DNA of 64,000 nt from Octopus vulgaris (Eukaryota), in NCBI GenBank assembly GCA_951406725.2, contig OX597814.1, forward strand, positions 218,860,001 through 218,924,000, read 5' to 3'. The position numbers were made by a program, and so were the translations under genes. Each line of letters opens with the position of its first letter. Position 1 is the stretch's first letter. The notes below the pieces were generated by a model. It saw only the letters and a program-made list of their open reading frames with translations. It ran no database searches and was not told the DNA's origin. This document shows, piece after piece, positions 23,991 through 36,087 of this stretch.

Positions 23991-24211
23991 CCCTTTAGCA
24001 TTTAAACCGGCCATATCCGGCCAAAAGTATTCTGCCTGTTTTATGTTCAAACTGGCCAGATCTGGTCTCTCACACCAACCCTACAATATCGTTTTAAAAA
24101 TTAACTGTTACCTCATCAAAATCTCACAGCTACAGGATAATGCATGATTAGTTCAAAATAATGTGGATAAAAAAGCATTAATTTTGGCAGAATAATGTGA
24201 AGACTAAAGGG
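23991..24211 (+). mobile_element. piggyBac-type MITE
   Basis: ttaa-ccctttag..ctaaaggg-ttaa. Confidence 0.88.
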
Positions 24212-24576
24212 TTAAACCACTGCATGTTGGAATGTGCAGTATGATCCTTCAGAAAGACAGAGGCTAGTATAAGAGTATTTCATTTTGTTATTTATCTGAT
24301 CATGTACATGCCATGTGCCTGCTTAATTGAGAGTGACTATATCACATGTAGATATTTTGAAAAAGGCCTAAACCAAACTCATTTTACATGCAGAAATATT
24401 GTTGGAGTCTGATAGTAAATCTTTGTTAGTAGTCAGTCTTGCTATCACAATAGTTAAAACTTTTTCACTGCTTGTTCTCTTTCTCTCTCTCTTATCCATA
24501 TCATATTTTTATTTGGTTGCACCGAGTCTTTTTGTTTGCATGTTTTTTGTCAGTATGATACTTATTTCTTGTATAG

Positions 24577-24842
24577 ATATCCAACGCTGTAAAGAAAGTG
24601 ATCCAGGATGGAGAAATATGTGTTACATTGGGAGGTGACCACAGTCTTACGACTGGGGCTCTTCATGGCCATGTCCAGGTGCAACCTGATCTTGTCATTG
24701 TGTGGATAGATGCCCACGCTGACATTAATCCACCTGCAGCATCATTAACAGGTCACATGCATGGAATGCCACTGTCATTTCTGATAAAAGAATTACAACC
24801 ATATATGAGTGAAGTCGGACCCTTTGACTGGGTTGAACCATG
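24577..24842 (+). CDS. ARG: Arginase, first detected coding exon (internal; 266 nt, phase 0 to 2)
   Basis: Acceptor tttcttgtatag. Reads ISNAVKKVIQDGEICVTLGGDHSLTTGALHGHVQVQPDLVIVWIDAHADINPPAASLTGHMHGMPLSFLIKELQPYMSEVGPFDWVEP. Donor tg|gtaagc. Contains the GGDH and DAHAD Mn ligands. Confidence 0.96.
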
Positions 24843-25071
24843 GTAAGCAAAAAATAACCTTTTATTCAAAGCCCTCAGAAAAACTTACCTTCAGCTACAA
24901 TTTAAAGCTATTTTAATATTTCTCCTTCTTGCTAATGAAATAATACCATTGATCAATGTTTAAATACTAGTAAATAGTGGACTATTGTTATAGAGGATGT
25001 GATTTATTTGTGAAATGCTTTTTTATCTATGTTTATAAAAAATGACAGGAAATTTTCTCAAGGATACCTTC

Positions 25072-25432
25072 TACTCTTTTACTTGTTTCAGTCATTTGAC
25101 TGTGGCTGTGCTGGAGCACCACCTTTAGTCGAGCAAATCAACCCCAACACTTATTCTTTGTAAGCCTAGTACTTATTCTATTGGGCTCTTTTGCCGAACC
25201 ACTAAGTTACGGGGACGTAAGCACACCAGCATCGGTTGTCAAGCAATGTTGGGGAGACAAACACAGACACACAAACATATACACACACATAAATATATAT
25301 ATATACATATATACAATGGGCTTCTTTCAGTTTCCATCTACCAAATCCACTCACAAGGCTTTGGCCGGCCTGAGGCTATAGTAGAAGACACTTGCCCAAG
25401 ATACCACGCAGTGGGACTGAACCCAGAACCAT
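25072..25432 (-). mobile_element. SINE family B
   Basis: Reverse-complement match with a truncated head. A further diverged copy lies at ~25770-26100. Confidence 0.85.
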
Positions 25433-26519
25433 CTGGTGCCTACATGAAGAATATATTTAAGTGTGTGTTTGTGTAGTAGTAACATAACGAATGGAGAGCA
25501 TAGAGTGGAGGGTGACCTTTAGTAGGTATGGTGACAATTGTGGGCATATTTTGATCTTATTAGACCTCTGCAAATTGTATACTTACTTCACTTACTAGAT
25601 CTTAAAATGACTGAGAATGTATGGTCAATTTTAAAAGAGTGGAATAGTTTGCTTGAAGCATTGTAGAGTACTTAGAAAATTAGTGTTACCATAGAAGACC
25701 GTAGCACAACAGCTTGGACATAAATATCAATATTACACAAAATGATTTGCCTTGCCATTTTGGAGAACCAGTTTTAGTTGAATAAATGAACCCCAGGATT
25801 TATTCTTTGTAAGCCAAGTACTTATTCTATTGATCTCTTATGCCAAACCACTAAGTTATGTGGAAGTAAACACACCAACATCTGTTGTCAAGTGATAGTG
25901 GTGGTGGGGGACAAACACAGACAAACAAATACATATATATATATATAAAACGGGCTTCTTTCAGTTTCCATCTACCAAATCCACTCACAAGACTTTGATT
26001 GGCTCGAGGCTATAGTAGAAGACACTTGCCCAAGGTGCCACACAGTGGGCCTGAACCTGGAGCCATGGGGTTGGGAAGCAAACTTCTTACCATACAGCCC
26101 TCTCTCTTGATCTCTTAATACCTTTTTTAAAGGATTTTTACTTGAAATCACAGTGTCAGGTAACATTTCAATATCTATATTAGAGCTATTTTTCGTATTT
26201 GACATTTGATCTGCATTGCTTTAGCCTTATATAATTCCCTGATTTTCTTTGTCAATTTTAATTTTGGAGTGTCTTCAACAAGAATTATCATTAACGTTAA
26301 TGATTTTCCTTTTCATTACAACTTTAACTAGTTAAAAATGCTGTAGGGCTCACTACATTATGCCGAGTAGCACCAATTTGACTCTGTTTATAAATATGGA
26401 TATATTTATAAATAGTTTTATTTTAACCTATTTAGCTGGGTTTTTTTTAAAAAAAGAACTTTTAAAATCTATTTTAGATATTTTTGAAATATGTATGTAT
26501 ACAGTAATTTTTTGAAGTG

Positions 26520-26900
26520 CAAACATGCCTTCTTGTAGAGGTAAGTGTTAGAGGATTTGTTGGAATTAAGGATCCCTTGGTGCTCAGAAGTCTCAAACAC
26601 TGCAAAGAACAGAAAAGATGTTGCTAGAAAATTGTCAGAAGCCACTGGGTAAGCAAGCCATTACATCTAGCGCAAGAGAAAGGACAAGTGGTACAGCAAG
26701 AATTATCAGTGAGGATGGTAGAAAAATCTGGCCCAGAGTCACATCTCGTATTAAACAAAGCTTGTGCTATTGAGAGGGAGTTTTGTTGTCTGTATCGGTG
26801 GGTGGTTCTGGGCAGCTCTGGTGTCACTGTGGAAGGGGCCAAAATACCAACTGAGCTGCTTCCCTATCTGGTGAGACATCAACCCCTGCATTTGGAGATA
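26520..26900 (+). mobile_element. Degenerate C-terminus of a restriction-like-endonuclease non-LTR element (Hero-like)
   Basis: CLLVEVSVRGFVG, then after a frameshift DVARKLSEATG*ASHYI*RKRKDKW. This resembles the remembered PVEVGCRGFV..LSEAAE.AS.WIW.KR motif. Confidence 0.5.
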
Positions 26901-28294
26901 GAGATATAGCAGCACCCTCAGTAAACAAGTTGTAAATGTTAAACCTTCGAAATATTTTGCTTAAACTATTCAACAATAAAAACAGTTTGAGAAACAATAT
27001 TATAAAGAAAAATTTATATCAACTTAAAGAAACATATAATTCCTTTAATCTCTCAGGATGTTTGTCTTAATCCAGATCTGCAGCTGGCTTGTTATTTGTA
27101 TTGCTTTATCAAATTTTTATTTTTTCTGGATTAAGTTCAACAACTTTATTGTTTAGCAGCATATTTTGAAGATATTTTAAAATTCTTTTGCTGGATTCTG
27201 GCATTGGGCTATGGCCTTGATGGGGCACTGCCTTCAAGTTTTTTTTAGTCAATTATATATATATATATTTTTATTGCCACAAGATTCTCTAAATTGAAAC
27301 TAGATTATATTCAAAGTGCAATATTGCATAATATTGAGGCATAAGTATTGTGTGCTGGGGATATGTGAAGGCTGTAAAGAAATGAAGTGAACATTCTCTG
27401 CTGGATGTGTAATATTTGTGTGAATGAAGAGCAGAGCACAAATGAGCTGAGAGAAAAACAGGATATAAATGGAATCAGTTGACAGTGGGCAAAAGCAAAG
27501 ACTGTGTGTAAAGGAGGGGGGTGAAGGTTGGGTAAAGAAGAGCCTGTTGATCTAAAATGAAGGGGAAAACTAGGGATAACATGGGGGAAAGTGACCAGTC
27601 ACCAGGTTAATCTCAAGAGGCTAAACTTCCTAAAAAAGATGACAAGGGACTGTGGTGAGGAACTCTGCTGATTAGAAAGCCTATTACTGTGTGGTAAGAA
27701 TCTTGCTTCCCAACTACATGGCTGCAGGTTCAGTCCCACTGCATGGCACCTTGGGCAAGTGTCATCTACTATAACTTTGGTCCAATCAAAGCCTTGTGAG
27801 CAGGTTTGGTAAATGGAAACTGAAAGAAGCCCATCAGATATATGTCTGTGTTTGTCCCCCACTGCTGCCTAACAACCCATGTTGGCATGTATGTCTCCCT
27901 GTAACTTAGCTGTTCAACAAAAGAGACTGATACAATAAGTATCAGGCTTTGAAAAAAAGAAGTACTGAGCTTGATGCAGCATTTGATTGAAATTCTTGAA
28001 GCAGGTGCTCCAGCATGGTCGCAGTCTAAATGACCGAAACAAGTAAAAGGTGAAAGAGAGAAAAGAACCTTGCAAGCTTAGAGTATGCAGGAGCATGATG
28101 ATGAGGATGATGATGATGGTGGTGTTGTTGTTGTTGACAACATGAAATATATGTTGTAGTAGTTTCTGCTCATATTTCAATTAATGAGATGGAATTTGTG
28201 AAGAAGAATTTCCTGAAAGGTTTAAATCAGACATTTTTACCAAAGTCCTCTGAACTGCTGCAAAAGCATTTTAAGACCTCATGCTGAGGTTTAT

Positions 28295-28696
28295 ATACTC
28301 TTTTACTCTTTTACTTGTTTCAGTCATGTGACTGCGGCCATGCTGGAGCACCGCCTTTAGTCGAGCAAATCGACCCCGAGACTTATTCTTTGTAAGCCCA
28401 GTACTTATTCTATCGGTCTCTTTTGCCGAACCGCTAAGTGACGGGGACGTAAACACACCAGCATCGGTTGTCAAGCAATGCTAGGGGGACAAACACACAC
28501 AGACACACATACATATATATATATATACATATATACGACAGGCTTCTTTCAGTTTCTGTCTACCAAATACACTCACAAGGCATTGGTCGGCCCGAGGCTA
28601 TAGCAGAAGACACTTGCCCAAGATGCCACGCAGTGGGACTGAACCTGGAACCATGTGGTTGGTAGGCAAGCTACTTACCACACAGCCACTTCTGCG
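28295..28696 (-). mobile_element. SINE family B
   Basis: Full-length reverse match. An older + copy at ~27680-28060 lies tail-to-tail with it. Confidence 0.9.
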
Positions 28697-29077
28697 ACAT
28701 TCTTCTTAGAATCCTTTTATCAGCCATTATGATTTTTTTTTTTATTCCATATCTTTTGAAGAGGTGTAATGGGTATCAGTGCACTTGGATTTTGTCCAAA
28801 ATTCAATTCTTTTTCTGTTGGTATTTTTGTGGGAATATATATATATTGATTATTTGGTTCAAAGACATGTATCATATGATTCCTTTATCCTCCTTGAATT
28901 TTTTTTTTTTTCTGAGATATACTAGATATTCTATTAATGTCACTATTGTTTGGTATTGGCACTTGGTTATAGAAAGATAGGTGAAACACTCTTGAGTCAA
29001 CAAGAAATGCAAAAGAGAATCCTAAAGTTGAAAGATGGATGGCAGAAATCTAGAAAGTAGTTCAGGATACTCTCTCT

Positions 29078-29497
29078 CTCTTTTACTCTTTTACTTGTTT
29101 CAGTCATTTGACTGTGGCCATGCTGGAGCACCGCCTTTAGTCAAGCAACTCGACCCCGGGACTTATTCTTTTTGTAAGCCCAGTACTTATTCTATCGGTC
29201 TCTTTTTGCCGAACCGCTAAGTAACGGAAACATAAACACACCAGCATCGGTTGTCAAGCAATGCTAGGGGACAAACACAGACACACAAACACACACACGC
29301 ATATATATATATATATATACATATAAACATATATATGACGGGCTTCTTTCAGTTTCCATCTACCAAATCCACTCACAAGGCTTTGGTCGGCCTGAGGCTA
29401 TAGCAGAAGACACTTGCCCAAGGTGCCACGCAGTGGGACTGAACCCGAAACCATGTGGTTGGTAAGCAAGCTACTTACCACACAGCCACTCCTGCGC
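29078..29497 (-). mobile_element. SINE family B
   Basis: Full-length reverse match. Confidence 0.9.
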
Positions 29498-29732
29498 ATG
29501 TCATATTTACAAAACATGGTGATAATTTGTCTTATTGTCTTTTATATGATAATCACTTTGACTAAGAAACCCTTACTAATTTGAACTATCATTCAGAAAA
29601 TAAATGACTTTAATAACAATTGAAGACCTGCCCCACCCCGCTCCATATTTTGGTCACTGTTTATCATGTAATAACATGCTTACATAAATGTGTTATTTTT
29701 ATATGCACACATACATATGTATACATACACAC

Positions 29733-29765
<33 letters not shown>

Positions 29766-30461
29766 ATGTACATATACATACATACATGTTTTCAGATTAT
29801 TTGTTATTGTTTACTCTTAGAAAATGCCTTTTTCTTCGTTGCAGAATATTATCTATTTATTTCCATAGTGAAACTTGATATATTTACGCATTATTTTTAG
29901 ACAGATCTATTGTTTATTGAGGAATTGGTACAACTGAAGTATATGTTTGTCAAGAGAAAGGTTATACACATATTATTTTTCAATGAGAAAACAAACCATT
30001 AACCTCATCATACGCAGAATATATTTTATTTTTTTAAATACTTATCAATGTTATATTCACCACTGTAAGGTTATATTGAATGAGTGTTAAAATTCTCACT
30101 GCATTCCATTGAATCAAATTACCTTACATAATTACTATGTTATCTTGTTAGTATACAGAGAGAATATCTGTTGTATCTGTACCTGGGTAATTATAGAGGC
30201 TGTCCATTCAAAAAGAATTGCGTTTCTTGAGAGAATATTCCTTGATATCTGTTACTACCATTAATGTGCTAGCACAATAAAACAAAAACTGTCGTTGCAT
30301 CCATTAGTATTTTGGAATTTTAATAATGTCATAGTTTTGTTTACAGTGTGGAGGACCTGGCTCAGAACTATTCCAAATTAGAACTCTGCCAAGTTTTAAG
30401 ACATTTCCATCTTTTACATTCAGTAGAATATGTACAAGTACTCTTATAGTATTTCATGAAT

Positions 30462-30842
30462 TGGTGCAAGTGTAGCTGTGTGGTTAAGAAACTTGCTTCT
30501 CACAGCATGGCACCTTGGGTAAATATCTTCTAGTATAGCCTTGGGCTGATCAAAGGGTTAAAGGTGGGTTTGGTTAATGGAAGCTAAAGCTCATCATGTA
30601 TGTGTGTGTGTGTGTGTGTGTGTTATTTATCTTGACATCACTTGATGTCAAGGTTGTAAACAAGTTTGTTTGTTTACAGTCTTCAGTGAAAAGCATGTCT
30701 GGCCATGGAAAATATTATCTTGCTTGTAAACAAGTAAGGGTTGGTGACAGGTAGGGGATCCAACTGTAAATCTGCCTCAACAAGTTATGTCTGATCCATG
30801 CAAGCATGGAAAAGGGGACATTAAATGATGATGATGATGAAT
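30462..30842 (+). mobile_element. SINE family E (B-like head plus RTE-like tail)
   Basis: gctgtgtggttaag..ggcaccttggg..(tg)n..gggttggtgacagg..gcaagcatggaaaag..(gat)n. Confidence 0.7.
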
Positions 30843-31371
30843 GAGGTGTAATTGAAATTTTTAATCTTTCTTAAATGTTAAATAAACAAATGGACAAAAC
30901 ATTACACTGCTTTTTGTGCTGAGGGTCCAGTGAAGGAGTTCAGCTGTTTTAGGGAGTGTGAAATTATCCTTTTGATTCTACTATTACTCCCTGGTCTGTT
31001 CAGGGTGGAAGTGCCTGTCAAGGGCTCCAATTGTGGATCATATACCTGAAGATGGTCATACAGGACTTGGAGGAGGGTCGACCCCTTAGACATACGTCAT
31101 GCAGGTCTACTGGTGTGTGGGCATGCCCTGATGTCATGTGAATCACTCCTCTTTCCTAACAGTTAAACAAGGCTCTGTACCTTAAGGGTTAGCTTGAAAG
31201 AGCAAAGGACAAGGAGAGTAAATCATAAACAAACCAGGAGATGGCAACAGGAAACCACTGTTGTATCTTTTCCAAGAAAAGTTACAAATCTTCAGACTTT
31301 GGCATGGAGCACCATGATTGCTGAAACCCATAGGCATGGCACATGAAGAGAGAGAGAGAGAAAGCATAGAA

Positions 31372-32278
31372 ATATTCTTTTCTACTCTAGGCTCAAGGCC
31401 CGAAATTTTTGGTGGAGGGGGCCAGTCAATTAGATCGAACCCCAGTACACAACTGGTACTTAATTTATCGACCCCGAAAGGATAAAAGGCAAAGTCAACC
31501 TTGGCGGAATTTGAAATCCGAGAGTAAAGACATGAAATATCACCAAGCATTTCACCCAGTGTGCTAACGATTCTGCCAGCTAACGATTCTACCAGCTAAC
31601 GATTCTGCCAGCTAACGATTCTACCAGCTAACGATTCTACCAGCTAACGATTCTACCAGCTAACGATTCTGCCAGCTAACGATTCTACCAGCTAACGATT
31701 CTACCAGCTAACGATTCTGCCAGCTAACGATTCTACCAGCTAACGATTCTGCCAACTAACGATTCTACCAGCTAACGGTTCTGCCAGCTAACGATTCTAC
31801 CAGCTAACGATTCTGCCAGCTAACGATTCTACCAGCTAACGATTCTACCAGCTAACGATTCTGCCAGCTAACGATTCTACCAGCTAACGATTCTGCCAGC
31901 TAACAATTCTACCAGCTAACGATTCTGCCAGCTAACGATTCTACCAGCTAACGATTCTGCCAGCTAACGATTCTACCAGCTAACGATTCTACCAGCTAAC
32001 GATTCTACCAGCTAACGATTCTGCCAGCTAACGATTCTGCCAGCTAACGATTCTGCCAGCTAATGATTCTGCCAGCTAACGATTCTGCCAGCTAACGATT
32101 CTGCCAGCTAACGATTCTACCAGCTAACGATTCTACCAGCTAACGATTCTGCCAGCTAACGATTCTGCCAGCTAACGATTCTACCAGCTAACGATTCTAC
32201 CAGCTAACGATTCTACCAGCTAACGATTCTGCCAGCTAACGATTCTGCCAGCTAACGATTCTACCAGCTCGCCACCTT
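31372..32278 (-). mobile_element. SINE family C copy with an expanded head
   Basis: Body at 31372-31562. The head end gctcgccacctt lies at 32267-32278, beyond the array. Confidence 0.85.
31563..32266. repeat. 16-bp minisatellite, 44 copies, gctaacgattct(a/g)cca
   Basis: Period 16 over 704 bp. Mostly two variants differing at one A/G position. Confidence 0.97.
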
Positions 32279-35200
32279 AGAAAGCATATCCAAATCCAAT
32301 ATCCAAACAAATTAGTGTCCTATGGTGGCCTGTAAGAATCTTGCAAGGGCAGGGATAGCCAGTGAAGCATTTAAAAGGATCATAATGAATCACAAGTTTG
32401 TGGGGGCACAGAGGCAATTAGTTAACAACGACCTTAGATTGTTCATGTAACCAGAGTTTTGTTTACAATGCCAAAAATTACTTCTCCCCTGTACAATTAC
32501 TGACTCTGTATAAAATACCATCATCATCCTTCAACGGCTGCTTCCATACTGGTATGGGTTGGACAGTTTGATCAGAGCAGGCAAGCCGGAGAGCTGCATC
32601 AGGTTCCAGTCTGATTTGGCTTGGTTTCTGTGGCTGGATGCTCTTCCAAATGCCAACCACTTTACAGTGTGTGCTGGAAGCTTTTTATGTGGCACCAGCA
32701 CCAGTATGTAATGAAACAAATCCCTGACAAATGACAGGGCATCCAGTATACACGTGTACGTGTGTGTGTGTGTTATGAACTGCATTTCAAAAAGGGACCT
32801 TTTTCTTTTTTGGTGTTGCAAGCTTTTAATTGATAATACTCTTCAACCATTTGGATATTATTTTGCATGCGTTCTTTGTTTATTCTGTCACTACAATGGT
32901 TTATACAAGTTTGAATTTGTTCAATGTTGAAGCCTTTCATTAGAAATATAAAGATATAAAGGTTGTAAGCTTGAACTAATTATAGGGAAATGTGTTGTGT
33001 CGACTTTTCTGTGCATTTTGAGACAGATTTTCTGTAACCAAATGCCCTTCTTTTTGCCAACCCTTACCTGTTTCCAAGCAAAGTAATATCTCCCCACGGC
33101 CAGGCATGCTTTTCAGTGGAAGACTGGAAATGAACAACACTGCTAATCTGACAGTGATGCTTGTTTACATCAATCACCATGTAGACAAGGGTACACACAC
33201 ACACACGTATCTATATATATGTGTGTGTGTCTATGTATCATCACTAAATCATAAATCCAAAAGAGAATCCTACTCTAAGTTATAGAGTAGTAGAGTAAAT
33301 AGATAAAGATAGTTGTGGCCAGTCTGTGGAGTTACCAAGGGTTTCATACCCATAAAATGGCCAGTCTGTGGAGTTACCAAGGGTTTCATACCCATAAAAT
33401 GCTTAACATTACAGTATCTCTTCAGACGCTAGTGGCCAGTGACCTATAACCTCCCTTCAAAATGGAGGGAGAAAAGACCTCATGGCTAGTTGTTATATAT
33501 ATATATATATATATATAATGGATTACTTCCAGTTTCTATCTACCAAATATAAAACAAGTATTGGTTGGTCCGAGGCTATAGTTGAAGACAACTGCTTAGG
33601 GTGCCACACAATGGGATTGAACCTGAAATCACATGGTTCGGAAGCAAGCTTCTTAACCACACAGCCATGTCTGTGCCTATAAGCCTATATGTAAAAGTCT
33701 ACTCAGCCTTGTCACATTGTGTCATGCCAGATCTCCCTGATAAGGGTACATGTGTCTGTGGAGTGCTCAGCCACTCACACATTAATTTCATGTCCAGGCT
33801 GTTCCATTGATCGTATCGACTGGAATCCTCAACATTAACTGATGGAGTATAATTTCCTGAAGATGATCATAGAATCATACAAAGATGAAAGATTTAGTCA
33901 AATTTTTGGAAAATTTAAACTTTTTTTTTCTATAATAATTATAATAATTGTTTCTCGCATAGTCTCAAGGCCTGAAATATTTTAGGGAGGGTGGTTAGTC
34001 AGTACAGTTGCACCCAGTATCTGACTGGTACTTTATTTTATGGATCCCATAGTAGAAAAACAAGGTTGTCCTCTGCAAGATTTAAACTAAGAAATACCAC
34101 AAGGCAGTTTGTCCAATGCTCTACCAAATTTATCAATCCACTAATAATGATTTCAAATTTTGGCACGAGGCCAGCAATTTTGGGGGAGTAGTAAGTTGAT
34201 TACATCAATCCCAGTACTCAACTGGTATTTGTTTTATTGATCCCGAAAGGATAAAAGGTAAAGTCAACCATTGCGGAATTTGAACTCAGAACGTAAAGAC
34301 AGATGAAATACCACTAAGCCAGGTGTGCTAATGATTCTGCCATCTTAATATCTTCCAGTCCACTAATAAGGATAATGATAATTGTGTCTTATAATATTCG
34401 TTAGTTGATGGTGGTGCAGTTATCCAATTATGGTTACATAAACCAAAGGTGTTGGTGAAGATGGCAGTAGTGTACTTTTTAGTCAAATGTTTCATGTCTA
34501 AATGGTTTTAAGTTTTAATATTTTTATTTCCCTTCTATAGATGTTTTTTCCATGCTAGCATGGGCCAAACAGTATTTGTTGACGTATTTTCTACAGCTGG
34601 ATGCCCTTCCTGTCACTAACCCCTCACTTGTTTCATGCAAGTTAATGTTTCCCCGTGACCAGACATGTTTTCACAGAAGAATAGAAATGAATAACACCAC
34701 TTGTGTGACAGTGGCACCTGTTTACAACTATCATACAATGTGAAGACCTAGAAGTGCACACATACACACACAGGTGCACATACATATATATGATGGACTT
34801 CTTTTAGCTTTTATCTACCAAATACACTCACAAGGTTTCATCAACCCAGGGCTATAACAGAAGATGCTTGGCTGGTGTGCCATGTTGTGGGACTGAACCC
34901 AAAGAAAACTTCTTAAACTCATTGCTATATGTGCTACAAATGTGTGTGTGTGTGTGTGTGTGTGTGTTCTTAAAAAGAATAGAAGTGAAATTTTCCTCTT
35001 GGAGAAAGAAAAAAATCCTGGCAGCATTTGTTAACAACTTACAAAGTTAATGGGTGGAATTCCAATAAATTAAGAATTATTTCAAATAGATTTTATTCTC
35101 ATGCTTAATGAGAATGGTAAAAGGAATAGATGTCTCCCTCTCTCTCTCTCTGTCTTTGTCTGTCTCTCCCCCTCTCTTTCTTTTTCCCTCTTTCTCTTCA

Positions 35201-35852
35201 TGTACTTTTACAGGTGTGGAGCTCTATGCCATATTCTGATTATTTATGACTTTTGGCAGGTGGAAATATTTCCTTTTGAAGTTAAGACAATAAATCCACT
35301 TGATCACTGATAGGTTTTTATATATGGTAAAAGTACTGTAAATTGTTTATGGCGGCAACAGTTCACATAACAAAAAAAGTGAACTAAGGGAAACAACTCA
35401 AATAAGCCAATGGCATGGATTAATATCAATCAAATTTGAATTCATAAAAAATTTTTTCAGAAATAAAAAAAAATTTTCATGTTACTTTGAGAAAACAACC
35501 AGAAACTTAGCAACATTCATTAGTCATTCACAAAGAAAGAGAGAGATAATTAAAATAAATTAAGAATTAGTTAAAAATAATCATCGTAATTTGATGGCAT
35601 AAAAGATGCACAGACATCTTAAATGCACCCCATTGTAAGTAGATTATATTTCAGGTAAAATGTTTTTTAGTGCATTAAAGTATGTAGTAATAACCCAGTT
35701 TGACATATAGGGCCCAGGGGGATTTTTTTTTTTTGCGACCTATTTTGGTGGGGGGAAAATATGTTTTCTTGTATGCTATGATATATGGTAATTTTCATGC
35801 TTAATGAGAAAACCTGACCTTTGTGATGACAATGGATATGTTTTTGGTATCA

Positions 35853-36087
35853 TCTATTTCTTCACTACCCACAAGGGGCTAAACACAGAGGGGACAAACA
35901 AGGACAGATAAACGGATTAAGTCGATTACATCGACCCCAGTGCGTAACTGGTACTTAATTTATCGACCCCGAAAGGATGAAAGGCAAAGTCGACCTCGGC
36001 GGAATTTAAACTTAGAACGTAACAGCAGACGAAATACGACTACGCATTTCGCCCGGCGTGCTAACCATTCTGCCAGCTCGCCGCCTT
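35853..36087 (-). mobile_element. SINE family C, full length and little diverged
   Basis: Head aaggcggcgagctggcagaatggttagc on the - strand. CpG-rich. Confidence 0.88.

Noticed and set aside
24399-24638. Hydrophobic 79-aa ORF as the arginase N-terminus or a signal peptide
   Set aside because: It is in a different frame from the exon and is the translation of the T-rich intron end and polypyrimidine tract.
31563-32266. CRISPR-like array
   Set aside because: Units are contiguous with no unique spacers, the unit derives from a SINE head, the context is eukaryotic and there are no cas genes.
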